Assembly (NCBI GenBank): GCA_963663545.1 | Contig: OY760505.1 | Coordinates: 1,792,001 to 1,856,000, forward strand | DNA: 64,000 nt | From: Candidatus Delongbacteria bacterium | GTDB lineage: Bacteria; CAIWAD01 | Reading direction: 5' to 3' | In this document: positions 9,632 through 20,100 of the stretch, in pieces | How positions within the stretch are numbered: the first letter of the stretch is position 1 | Layout of the letters: each line of letters begins with the position of its first letter | Notes under the pieces: generated by a model | What the model saw: the letters and a program-made list of their open reading frames with translations, nothing else | Told to the model about the DNA's origin: nothing | Databases searched by the model: none | Position numbers and translations under genes: made by a program

Positions 9632-11266
9632 CTACTTCGATACCTTCGGCCCCGCAGCAACAACAGACTCGTCCGTTCCGTCACTGAACTGCTTGAAGTT
9701 GTCGATGAAACGCTGCGCAAGGCTGCTATAGGCCTTCCAGTACGCGTCAGTATCGCTCCAGGCTTCCTCGGGACGTAATACATCGTCAGGCACGCCGGGA
9801 CAGCTGACCGGCACGTCGTATCCGAAAAGCGGATCGGTGCGGAACTCGCCCTGGTCCAGCTTTCCGTCCAGGACAGCGTCCAGCAGCGCACGGGTGTGCT
9901 TGATGCTGATGCGCTTGCCCACACCAAAAGAACCACCGATCCAGCCGGTGTTCACCAGCCAGCAACTTGCGTTGTGCTGCTTGATGCGATCACGCAGCAT
10001 TTCTGCGTAACGGGCGGGGTGATGCACCATGAAAGGCGCGCCGAAACAGGTGCTGAAGGTGGCCACCGGTTCCTTGCTCAGGCCGACCTCGGTTCCTGCA
10101 ACTTTGGCCGTGTAACCACTGATGAAGTGATACAACGCCTGCTCGGGCGAGAGACGCGCAATGGGAGGCATCACGCCAAAGGCATCACAGGTCAGCATGA
10201 TCACGTGCTTTGGATGCCCGGCTTTCTTCTCCGGCACTGCGTTGTCGATGAAATCCAGCGGATAGCTAGCGCGCGTATTGGGCGTGTGAGTGTCGTCGTC
10301 CAGATCCAGTTCGCGTGTCACAGGATCGTAAACCACGTTCTCGAGCACCGTACCGCTGCGGCGCGTACAGGCGTAAATCTCCGGCTCCGCTTCTGGATTA
10401 AGGTTGATCACCTTAGCGTAGCAACCGTTCTCAAAGTTGAAAATGCCGTCATCGCTCCAGCCGTGTTCGTCATCGCCAATCAGACGGCGGCGCGGATCTG
10501 CCGACAAGGTCGTCTTGCCCGTACCCGAAAGGCCGAAGAAGAGCGCGCTGTTACCGTTCTCACCCACGTTGGCCGAGCAGTGCATGGAAAGCACATCCTG
10601 CAACGGCAACAGATAATTGAAGACGGTGAACACGCTCTTCTTGATCTCGCCCGCATAACCGGATCCGGCGATCAGTGCCATGCGCTCCTTGAAGTTGAGC
10701 AGAATGGCCGTGCCACTGCGTACGCCGTCAATCTCGGGCACGCTGCGGAAATCGGGCAGGGCGATCACGGTAAAGCCCGGCTTGTAATCCTTGGCCTCCT
10801 CGCGGGGCACGGGGATGAGCGCATTGCGCACAAACATGGATTGCCAGGCATGCTCAGTAATCACGCGAACGGGCAAGCGATAACGCGGATCGGAGCCGCC
10901 GTAGGTGTCCTGCACAAAGACTTCGCGATCGGTCAGATAGCCGCGCATGCGGTTCAGCAGAATGTGAAAGCTGGCCTCATCAATGGGCACGTTGTACTGG
11001 CCCCACCAGATCTTGTCTTCGCTGGTGGCTTCCTTGACAACAAATTTGTCCTTGGGAGCGCGCGCGCAGTGCTCGCCGGTGTAGATCACAACAGGGCCGT
11101 GGGCGACGCTTTCGCACTCGCCGCGGGCAATGGCCTCATCCTGCAGGGTCGCTGTGCACAGATTCCAATAAATCTGTCCCAGGTTGTGCAGTCCGTGATT
11201 CTCCAGGCCAAAATCGGGTTTAAGCAGTTCGGCAGCCATTTCAGCAGGGGTCTGGCAGCAGCTCAT
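9632..11266 (-). CDS. pckA: Phosphoenolpyruvate carboxykinase (ATP)
   Basis: YAGEIKKSVF, MHCSAN, FFGLSGTGKTTLS, LIGDDEHGW, NTRASYP, STCFGAPF. Confidence 0.97.
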   Translation of the reverse strand: MSCCQTPAEMAAELLKPDFGLENHGLHNLGQIYWNLCTATLQDEAIARGECESVAHGPVVIYTGEHCARAPKDKFVVKEATSEDKIWWGQYNVPIDEASFHILLNRMRGYLTDREVFVQDTYGGSDPRYRLPVRVITEHAWQSMFVRNALIPVPREEAKDYKPGFTVIALPDFRSVPEIDGVRSGTAILLNFKERMALIAGSGYAGEIKKSVFTVFNYLLPLQDVLSMHCSANVGENGNSALFFGLSGTGKTTLSADPRRRLIGDDEHGWSDDGIFNFENGCYAKVINLNPEAEPEIYACTRRSGTVLENVVYDPVTRELDLDDDTHTPNTRASYPLDFIDNAVPEKKAGHPKHVIMLTCDAFGVMPPIARLSPEQALYHFISGYTAKVAGTEVGLSKEPVATFSTCFGAPFMVHHPARYAEMLRDRIKQHNASCWLVNTGWIGGSFGVGKRISIKHTRALLDAVLDGKLDQGEFRTDPLFGYDVPVSCPGVPDDVLRPEEAWSDTDAYWKAYSSLAQRFIDNFKQFSDGTDESVVAAGPKVSK

Positions 11267-11308
11267 CTTTTACCTCGCGTGCTACATCTATCTTGCGCGG
11301 TGATACAA

Positions 11309-12526
11309 TCACCAATCGCGTGTCACTTCCTGATCGCCAATCTTGATGGTCTTGGGCGCGTGCGAATCCAGCGCCCAGCGGATGCGGGCCACGCCCTCGC
11401 GTATCTGCTCGGCACTACCGCAAGTCGAAAGGCGCAAATGGCCCTCCATGCCGAACGCATCGCCGGGCACGGTAATCACCAACGCGCGGTTCAACAGCAT
11501 CTCCGCCAGCTTGCTTGACGAATCGCAATAGGCGCGAAAATCCGCAAAACAATAGAACGTGCCGCGCGGCGCCTGCACCTTGACGCCGGGGAGATCCTTC
11601 AAGCATTCCAACAGAATGTTCGCATTCGACCGCAAATCGTTGCGCAGCTGTTCAATACAGGACTGATCACCCTGAAGCGCTGCCACGGCCGCCGTCTGCG
11701 AAAGTGCCGAAGGGCAGCTGGTGATCTGCGCCTGCATACGGCCCATGGCTCCGATCAGCTCACTCGGACCGACAGCCCAGCCAATGCGGAAGCCGGTCAT
11801 GCCGTAGAGCTTGGAAACGCCGTTGATCACCACGACGCGACTTTCTTCGATACCGCCCGGCAGACAATCGTAAATGGAGGTCCACACATTGTCTTCGAAC
11901 ACCAGACGATGGTAGATGTCATCCATGATCAGCCAGACGCCGCGCTCCGCGCAGGCTTGGGCGATTTCGCAGATGAACTCGCGGCTGTACACAGCGCCGC
12001 TGGGGTTATTGGGGCTGTTGAGGATGATCGCCTTGGTCCGCTGGTCGATGGCATCCACCACGACACGCGCCGGGGGCGTAAAGGAATTGTCCTCGGGAAC
12101 CAGCACGCGCGGTATTCCACCGGCCAGGCGCACCATGTCGGGATAGCTGACCCAGTAGGGTGCCAGAAAGAGGATCTCCTCGCCCGGCAAGCTAAGCGCA
12201 TATAAAGCATTGGCCAGCGCCTGTTTGGCTCCGCTCGAAATCACAACCTGGTTGGCTTCCGGTGATACACCGTATTGTTCCTTGGTGTATTGTATCACGG
12301 CTTGCTTCATTTCCGGAGTTCCGGAAGCCGCCGTATAACGCACCTGCCCTCCGGCCAGCATCTCCTGCGCCGCCTGAACAGCCGCTTCAGGAATCAGGCA
12401 CGCGGGTTCGCCGCTGCCAAGATGAATCACGGGCTCGCCCGCCTTGCGCAGCGCGGCAGCCTTTGCGTTGAGCGCCAATGTCGGAGACGGCGCCACTTGA
12501 CGAATGAGAGGATTCAGTTCGATGAT
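11309..12526 (-). CDS. aspC: PLP-dependent aminotransferase class I/II (aspartate aminotransferase-like); start uncertain (ATC 12526/12523 or GTG 12496)
   Basis: SPTL, GEP, GAKQAL, PYWVSY, NSPNNPSG, DDIY, NGVSKLYGMTGFRIG with PLP lysine. Confidence 0.85.
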   Translation of the reverse strand: MIELNPLIRQVAPSPTLALNAKAAALRKAGEPVIHLGSGEPACLIPEAAVQAAQEMLAGGQVRYTAASGTPEMKQAVIQYTKEQYGVSPEANQVVISSGAKQALANALYALSLPGEEILFLAPYWVSYPDMVRLAGGIPRVLVPEDNSFTPPARVVVDAIDQRTKAIILNSPNNPSGAVYSREFICEIAQACAERGVWLIMDDIYHRLVFEDNVWTSIYDCLPGGIEESRVVVINGVSKLYGMTGFRIGWAVGPSELIGAMGRMQAQITSCPSALSQTAAVAALQGDQSCIEQLRNDLRSNANILLECLKDLPGVKVQAPRGTFYCFADFRAYCDSSSKLAEMLLNRALVITVPGDAFGMEGHLRLSTCGSAEQIREGVARIRWALDSHAPKTIKIGDQEVTRDW

Positions 12527-12650
12527 GATTCCCTCCTATGTATCACAAGCGGAATGAATCCGCGCGGAACCGGACAAGTGTCATGCTCAATATAGAATAG
12601 CCACAGGCGCATTGCCCCGAGCGTTCAAAGCGAACTAAGTGATCATCGCA

Positions 12651-12688
12651 AAAAGAAAACCGGCGCAGCCACGTGGGTTGCGCCGGTT
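12651..12688 (-). terminator. Intrinsic terminator after the C25 protease gene
   Basis: AACCGGCGCA...TGCGCCGGTT stem followed by TTCTTTT on the minus strand. Confidence 0.75.
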
Positions 12689-12706
12689 CGTCGTCGATGA
12701 AGGTGC

Positions 12707-15700
12707 CTAGTTGATCGCGACTACCTTGTAGAAGTAGTGCTCGTCAGCCAGTGCATCGGGAATCGCGTACAAGGTCTCCGTAGTCGTACCTAGCAGCGAG
12801 TAGCCAGCATATCCGTTGTTCACGGCACGCCAGATCTGATAACTGGTGGCGTTCTCAACGGCATCCCACTCAAGACGCAGTCCGGTGCCGTTCTCGACAA
12901 TCTGAATCACCGGTGCATCCAGGTAGTTGGGTCCGACGGTCAGTGTCACAGGAACTTCCTGCTGCAGGTTGTTGGGATCGTTGCTCTGAATGTACACGGT
13001 GCCGTAATACACGCCCGTTTCCATGTCGGTTGTGTCGAAGCTCACCGTCAGGTTCTGGCTGGAGCCGATGCCCACGGTTCCGGAAGTCGGCGCAAGCGTC
13101 ATCCAGGGAGGCGTAGGCTCTTCAGTGGAGAAGCGGATGGCCATACCGCCAGCAATGTATCCCGCCGTGTTGTTGATTACCTCGGCGCCATCGGTTCCAT
13201 CAGCGTTCTCGATACCGATGGTGCAGCTGTTGTCCAGGCCCACGGTGTGATACTGATAGAGGATTTGGCCGTTTTCGTACAGGATGATCTCATACTTGAA
13301 GAGCTCATCCGTGTCCCAATGCGGCACATTGTCCCACTCGGCAATAAAGCGACCAGCATCCCGCTTCACATGAATACTACCACCGCTACTGGGATCCATA
13401 TCATCCCACAGGACGGCCAGCAGGTTGTTAGGCTCTTCGGTACTGTAGATGTCGCCGTTGGTATAAGCCGTGACCGTACTGGTGAAGGAGGCGAACCCGT
13501 TGGTGCAGACATTGATGGTCGTGTAGTCGTTGCCGTAGAAGCTGAAGGTGAAACCAAGATCGATGCCGGTAACGTTGGTGTCGTCACTGACAGTCAGCTC
13601 CTCGCCCGTTCCGCTGATCTCGATCCAGTCATAGGTCGGTCCACCAGGCTCATTGCTGTCCATCCAAGTGTAGCCGAAGAAATCGTCGGTACCGGTGGCA
13701 CGGCTGCTGTGCACGCGCTCTTCACCCTTGGCCAGCTTGATGTGCTCGTTCTCACCGCGAACCGGATTGTCAATGACAACGGTGCTCGACCAATCGAGGT
13801 CGGCATTACCGGAATTGCTGACGTTGATGGTTGCGGTATCGGTGGTGTTGCTTGGAATGGTGATCGCCAACGAAGTCGGGTTGACCGTCATGACCGGCGC
13901 TGCGGGCTCACCCATGGCCGGGAAGAGAATGTAATCTACCCAGGCACAGTCGCTTCCACCAAACTGATTGACGTCTTTAGTATAGGACCAAGTGAAAGTG
14001 TGACTGCCCGACTCCACCTCGTAAGAGGCTTCGGTCCAGGCAACTTCGCCTGACCAGGCGTCCTGCTCGACGCCGTCGATGGAGAAGCGCAGTTTGTCGT
14101 AGTTGGATTCGCTGCTGACCTTGTACATGAAGCTAAGCTCGCCGTCGGCTGCGATGTCAGCCGTCAAGGAGAGGAGGCTGCTACCGTAATCATCAATGTC
14201 ACCGGACTGGGCACAGTAGCCGCCCTCATAGACATCGGTGCTGGTCAGGAACCAGTTGGCATCGCCACTCAGGGCCCAGTCAAAAGCCGTAAAACCAGCG
14301 CTCTCCCAATCCTCGACGATCAGGCCGATGGAATAGGTCCAGCTTTTGCTCACATCATATGCACCCGCGTCAACGGAGGCGTAGAAGCTCACCGGCGTAC
14401 CCACCGGAGCGGCACCGATGGTTACCTGGAAGTTGGCATAGCTCGTAGCGCCAGCAGCGATGGCCGGGAGAGCAACGGTAGACGTGCCAATGCTGATGTA
14501 GGAGCTGGGCGCGGTTAGCGTTACGCTACCCGCCGGGGAAGCAGCGTGGCCGTTGTTGGTCACCGGAATGCGCAGAGTCAGAGACTCGTTCGGATCCATG
14601 CGACCATTGTCACCGTCGTTGACCGTCGGGGTGGGCAGCGCCATGGCCGGCGCATTCACCGTCAGGTTCATCAAGGCTTCCCATGTGTCGCCGGAACCGG
14701 CAAGATCCAGATCCAGGCTGACCACGTGTTGATCGGGAACGTTGGAGGCGAGCTGCAAGCCAAAGGCGCCACTGCGGTTGATCACCGCGCCAGCGGCCAT
14801 GGTACCAAAGCTCTCGCTACCATCGCTAATGCTGGCGTAGCCATCTTCGGTGGTCAGCGTACCCGTTGTGCTGGTGGAGCTGGCGTTGCCGATGTTCTCA
14901 ATCTCGACACCAAGACCGACGCTCGTACCGTAAGTGGCCGTCGTCGGCGTATAGCTGTTCAGTGCCACGTAGGGACCGCTATTGGGGACCACGGTCACGG
15001 TGCTGATCACCGGAATGCGGTTCTGGCGTGTCACGACAAGGGTGGCTTCGCCAGGCAGCAATGTCTGTGTCCAGTTCAGGGTCAAGTTACCCGAAGCTGG
15101 CACCAGACCCGCGGCGACCAGATCACCTTCATAGGTCAAACCGACATAGCTGTAAGGATCAGCGGCCAAAGTGCAGGAGGTCGCCCCCGACAGCAGGTTG
15201 CTGGGGAGCGAAACCGTGTTGGCCTCGGGAACCGTGATGTAGGTGCTCAGCGCGCAGTCACCCATCAGGCTGTAGATTTCCCAGTAGTAGGTGGTACGGC
15301 TGCTGCCGCCCTCAACCACCGCCAGGTTGCCGGTAACGAGCATCGCGCCCTGGGTCGTCGTCCAATCTGCCCAGGCTTCTCCACGCTCGTGGAACATACC
15401 GTCATACACGCCCTGGCCGAAGTCGTCGATGTCCGGGTCGGACACACAGGTACCCGCACCCGTACCCCACCAGTAGTCCTCGTCCCAGTAGGTGGAGTTG
15501 GTAGCGCCGATGTAGCCGATGGCACCCTTGTTCGCGGCGCGCAGCCAGGCCTCACCGAAGCAGGTGCTGACCTGGAAGCTGTTGGTCAGGCAGCAGTTAC
15601 CGACAACGGTCGGATACTGCCCCGCATTCCCCAGACTATTGATGTTAGTGATGGTGAAGGTGGGATCTCCCCAGCTGGTGGTACTGCCGTGAGCCGTATA

Positions 15701-17041
15701 ATTGGCGAAGCCACAACCAGCGGAGATTTCAGACACGATCAGCGCATCGTCGCTACCCGACTGAGGATAGAAGTGGGTATGCGAGGTGATTCCGTGGGCC
15801 GTGTTGAAGTAGTAGTTGGTGCCGTAGTTGATCTGGCCGTTACCATAGGTAGCGCCGTAGTTCGTATCGTAACCGGCGATCATCACCACTTCATTCAGGA
15901 AGCTGGGATCGGCCATCTCGTAGCGCTCGTACTCCAGAGTCTTGTCGATCTGTGGCTGCAACTGGGCCGTTGTCTGAGCCGAGAAGCGGGAGTAGTAGAT
16001 CTCGGGCATATAGTCGCTGCCCTCGAGGCGCACGTAATGGTTGTCGGTCACGTGGCCACTATCCGAATCCCCGTCAAAGGCAGGGATCTGGTCAATATCA
16101 CCGACGAAGAGCAGAAAGCTCGGCGCTGGATCAGAAGCCGTACCCGCATCCCACAGATTGGAGATGTAGGACTTGATGGACGTGGTGGTCGTTCCGGTAA
16201 CCGAAGTCGAAGCAGCCACCACGTTGAAGCCCTTCTGAGTCTTCCACTCGATAAAAGGCTCAAGCTGAGTCTCGAACATCGGATCATAGATGATCAGGTA
16301 CTTCACCGGATATGTGGTCAGTACATCGCGCGTCGGCAGATCGAGGCTGTAGTTGAACACGCTCTGCTCGTAGGTACTCTCGAAATAGGGAGAGAAGGTG
16401 CGAGCGCGCAGCTCGTTGGTGGCATCCCAGTCGGCGCCGGTGTAATTCACCTGCAACTCGACATCACTAAACACGCGCATCGTGCCGTTGGCGGGGTTAT
16501 ACTGTACCGGCTCGACGTTCACGGTGAACAGACGCATACCGCGCAAAATGCCCAGCTCTTCCACGCTGATCTCGGGGGCTTCTCCGAAACTGCGGACGCG
16601 GGAATAGGCATCGGCGTCGTACTCAAAGGGCACATCGGCCGGAGTCTGGTTCTTGGCCAGCGAAGGCTGGGCAGGCATCAGCGGCGAACTAATGCCCAGA
16701 TCGCTCAGCTTGTAATCGGTGGAGTGGAAGCTCAGTGCATTAGCACTGACCTTGGCACCTAGGGGAACGCTGATGATGCGGCGGCTTACCGGCACCTTGG
16801 GCAGACCGGTTTCCGTGCTGTTGCCGACACCGGGAATGTTCAACTCGGTGAAGGTGCCCTGCTGTGTGGTGACGTCCATGCTCTGCAGCTGATCGTAGGA
16901 CCAGGACATGCGCAGGCCGTCGCGGCTGTTGTCCAGCAAACGCGCGGCAGTTTCCTGAGCGGGCAGGTCGATGGTCGCTGCCAAGGAGGGCAGAGTAGCG
17001 CCCACAACCGCCAGGCTCATCAGAATCTTCTTCAGACTCAT
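12707..17041 (-). CDS. Secreted C25-family (gingipain-like) cysteine peptidase with propeptide and multiple Ig/beta-sandwich domains
   Basis: Signal peptide, propeptide (GLPKVPV, MPAQPS), FIEWKTQKG, LFVGD, catalytic-region YTAHG and GNCCLT, FGEAWLR, YWEIYSLMGD; SD AAGAGG. Confidence 0.9.
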   Translation of the reverse strand: MSLKKILMSLAVVGATLPSLAATIDLPAQETAARLLDNSRDGLRMSWSYDQLQSMDVTTQQGTFTELNIPGVGNSTETGLPKVPVSRRIISVPLGAKVSANALSFHSTDYKLSDLGISSPLMPAQPSLAKNQTPADVPFEYDADAYSRVRSFGEAPEISVEELGILRGMRLFTVNVEPVQYNPANGTMRVFSDVELQVNYTGADWDATNELRARTFSPYFESTYEQSVFNYSLDLPTRDVLTTYPVKYLIIYDPMFETQLEPFIEWKTQKGFNVVAASTSVTGTTTTSIKSYISNLWDAGTASDPAPSFLLFVGDIDQIPAFDGDSDSGHVTDNHYVRLEGSDYMPEIYYSRFSAQTTAQLQPQIDKTLEYERYEMADPSFLNEVVMIAGYDTNYGATYGNGQINYGTNYYFNTAHGITSHTHFYPQSGSDDALIVSEISAGCGFANYTAHGSTTSWGDPTFTITNINSLGNAGQYPTVVGNCCLTNSFQVSTCFGEAWLRAANKGAIGYIGATNSTYWDEDYWWGTGAGTCVSDPDIDDFGQGVYDGMFHERGEAWADWTTTQGAMLVTGNLAVVEGGSSRTTYYWEIYSLMGDCALSTYITVPEANTVSLPSNLLSGATSCTLAADPYSYVGLTYEGDLVAAGLVPASGNLTLNWTQTLLPGEATLVVTRQNRIPVISTVTVVPNSGPYVALNSYTPTTATYGTSVGLGVEIENIGNASSTSTTGTLTTEDGYASISDGSESFGTMAAGAVINRSGAFGLQLASNVPDQHVVSLDLDLAGSGDTWEALMNLTVNAPAMALPTPTVNDGDNGRMDPNESLTLRIPVTNNGHAASPAGSVTLTAPSSYISIGTSTVALPAIAAGATSYANFQVTIGAAPVGTPVSFYASVDAGAYDVSKSWTYSIGLIVEDWESAGFTAFDWALSGDANWFLTSTDVYEGGYCAQSGDIDDYGSSLLSLTADIAADGELSFMYKVSSESNYDKLRFSIDGVEQDAWSGEVAWTEASYEVESGSHTFTWSYTKDVNQFGGSDCAWVDYILFPAMGEPAAPVMTVNPTSLAITIPSNTTDTATINVSNSGNADLDWSSTVVIDNPVRGENEHIKLAKGEERVHSSRATGTDDFFGYTWMDSNEPGGPTYDWIEISGTGEELTVSDDTNVTGIDLGFTFSFYGNDYTTINVCTNGFASFTSTVTAYTNGDIYSTEEPNNLLAVLWDDMDPSSGGSIHVKRDAGRFIAEWDNVPHWDTDELFKYEIILYENGQILYQYHTVGLDNSCTIGIENADGTDGAEVINNTAGYIAGGMAIRFSTEEPTPPWMTLAPTSGTVGIGSSQNLTVSFDTTDMETGVYYGTVYIQSNDPNNLQQEVPVTLTVGPNYLDAPVIQIVENGTGLRLEWDAVENATSYQIWRAVNNGYAGYSLLGTTTETLYAIPDALADEHYFYKVVAIN

Positions 17042-17142
17042 CGTATACCTCTTGCTTGTTCCAGCCATCTCCCAAGATGACCGGGGTCGGATCTATCGAG
17101 TGCTTTCAATCGTCATTTCAAAGCTGACACTAAAGTGTACAG

Positions 17143-20100
17143 CTACTCTATCACGGCAACCACGCGGAAGAAGCCGAGCTCGCCGACCGGTACCGCGATG
17201 TCATAAGAGCTGGCGCCCGTGCTCGCTACCGTGCTCCAGGCACCCTCTTGAGTATCTGCGCTTTCGATGCGGTAGTAGTCGCAGCTCACCGGCGTCCACT
17301 CCAGATGCAGCGTCGTTCCGTTGGCCGTAATGCTCACAACGGGCGTGTCCACGCTGATGGGACCGACGTGCAAGCTCACCGGCAAGCTGAGCGAAGTGTT
17401 GTCGGGATCATTGCTCGTAAGCTGCAGCGTCGCCACATAGTCGCCTAGCTCCAGCTCCGCCGCGTCGTAGAGCAGGTCCACCTGTGCGCTGCCACCCGGC
17501 AGGACGCTACCTGACAGCGTTGACAGCGTCAGCCAAGGGGTTTCCTCTTCCGGTATGCTGAACAGAATGGCCAGCCCGGAACTCAGGTAGCTGCTGTTCT
17601 CAACAATTTCGATGCCATCGCTGCCGTCGGCGTTCTCGATGCCGATGGTGCAGCTGGCTACGCTATTGGCGCTGAGATACTGGTAAAGAATGCTGCCGTC
17701 GGCATACAGTAGCACCTGGAAAGTTTCGGGTGTTGAAGTGTCGTAGTGGTAGACGCCCTGCCACTGCACCACGAATGCCGTGCCCGTGTTCTTGTAATAC
17801 ACGGTACCCGCCTGGTTGGGACTGAAGTCGTCCCACATCACCGCCAGCAGGTTGTCCGGATCGGTGCTGCTGGGAATACTGCCGTTGGTATAGGCGGTCG
17901 CCGTGCTGGTAAAGCTCAGGAAGCCATTGCTGCAAACGCGCACACTGCTGTACTCGTTACCGTAGAAGGGGAAGTTCATACCCATGGAAACGGACACACT
18001 CTCGTCATCTGCGAGATCCAGCGGAGTGCCCGAGGAAGAGATATCCACCCAGGAAAATTCGGGGCCGCCAGCCTCGTTGCTGTCCATCCAGATGTGGCCG
18101 AAGGTGTCCGGACCACCGGTGTCACGGCTGACGGCGCCGGACGTACCCTGCTCCCCCTTGGCCAGCTTGACCTCCGGCTCGGCCTCGCGCGCCATACGCG
18201 AGGCAATGGCCACTTGCATCTGCCATTCCAGCTCGCCGTCGCCCGCGTTGGAGATCGTCAAGCTCTGACTGCCGCTGGTGCCTGGCTCCAGATACATCTC
18301 GAAGTCGCTGTCCGAAAGCGCGAGCTCGGGAAATACGGGCGGAGCTGTCGTCGGGAAGACAATGTCATCGATCCACGCGCAGTCGCTGCCACTGGATGTG
18401 TTCACATCCTTCTCGTAGGCCCACTTGTAGGTATGGGTACCCGCACTCACCGTATAGCTGACGGTGGCCCAACTCACAGTGCCACTCCAGGAGTCCACTT
18501 CGCTGCCGTCGACATAGAACTTCAAGTAGTCGTAGCCCGACTCGGACGAGACGGCACGGCGGAAACTGATTTCGTCAGCCATGGTGGAAGTGTGTGTGAT
18601 CTGCAGTTCGGAGTCCTGGCTGTGCGTGATGCTGCCGGACTTGGCCGCGTAACTGCTCACGCCGCTAGGATCGGCAACGATGGTCCAGGGATAGCTGCCC
18701 TGCGTCCATGGCCAGCTCTCAAATCCGGCGGATTCGAAATCCTCGCCTTCCAGACCGATGGTGCGCTGAAAGCTGTCGCTGAAAGAAGAGCCCGTGCAGT
18801 TCATCTGCAGATCAAAACCGACGATCGCGCCGGCGGGCGCTTCGCTGTCTACTTCGATGCTCCACGAAGCAGTGGAAGAAGCGGAAGGATTCATCTGGCC
18901 CAGGCTCTGTGTGCCGGTGGAGCTAATGGTCAGCCAGGGGCTGGTGGTGCTCAGCAAGGCACTAGCCGCGTAGGCGATATCGGTGCCGTCGTTCAACACT
19001 GTCACCTGCAGCTGTGCGCTTTCGCCGGGATCCAGCATTCCGTCGTTGCCATCGAGAATCTCGATGGAGGTCAACAGCAATTCCGGCTGCGGCGTCTCGG
19101 GCACAAGCTGCACGTCGACGACGGTGGCGGCTCCGCTACCGACACTCACACTGCTGACAGTCTGGCTGAAGTAGCCGTCCTTCTCGAAAGTCAGACTGTA
19201 AGTGCCGGGCATGGCCAGGCGGTGATAGTCGCCCACGGCGCCATCGGTGTAAGTGGGGAACTCGCGATCATCCAGATAGACGTTCACGTCGTCCAGCGGC
19301 AGGCCGGTGTTGGCATCGGTGACAATGCCGCGCACGCCGCGCAGGCAAAACTCCGCCATGGCGAACATGCCTTCTTCGTTGGCGGCCCAATAATTGTCAA
19401 GGGTCGTGTAGCTGGGCCACTTGGTGTTGCTCAGCTCCATGGTGATACACATCTCGCCGCCCATGGAATAGCACCAGTCCTGCACGCCGCCGGAAACGGA
19501 GTACCACTCCGCTCCGTTGGTGATGCCATCGGTGAAGCCTCCGTTGAGCAGATAGGTGTTGGTAGAAGCGTAGAGGTAGCTCACCGCGTAGGCCACATCC
19601 TCATCGGGAGTGGGGCTGAAAACGCTGGAGCCGGTCTCGTTGTTGTCCCAGGGGTAGTTGGCCACCTGCGCGCCGCCGTGATACATGGTCGACAGGATGA
19701 AGTTGTGCTGCCAGCTCCACTCCATCAGCAGTCCGACCTCGAGGGGACGTCCGCTGGTCGTATTGTCGCGGTCGTCGTACCAGTCGGGGAAGTTGCGGTT
19801 GAGGTCGTAGCCGTTGGCATTGTAGCGTTGGCCCAGCGCGTTACCATCGGGATTGTACATGGGCACAAACCACAGCTCGACGTTGTCCACCAGATTCGTG
19901 ATACGCGTGTCGGTGCCATAGCCAGCTACCAGGGTCTCGATCATGTAAACGCACATTTCTGTGCCAACGGGTTCGTCACCGTGAATGGTGGCCATGAAGC
20001 GGAACTCGGGCTCGTCCTCTTCGACGGTCGGATTATCACTGACTTTCATCGCCCAGATCTCGCGCCCCTGCACACTGTTGCCAATGGATTCCAGGTGGCA

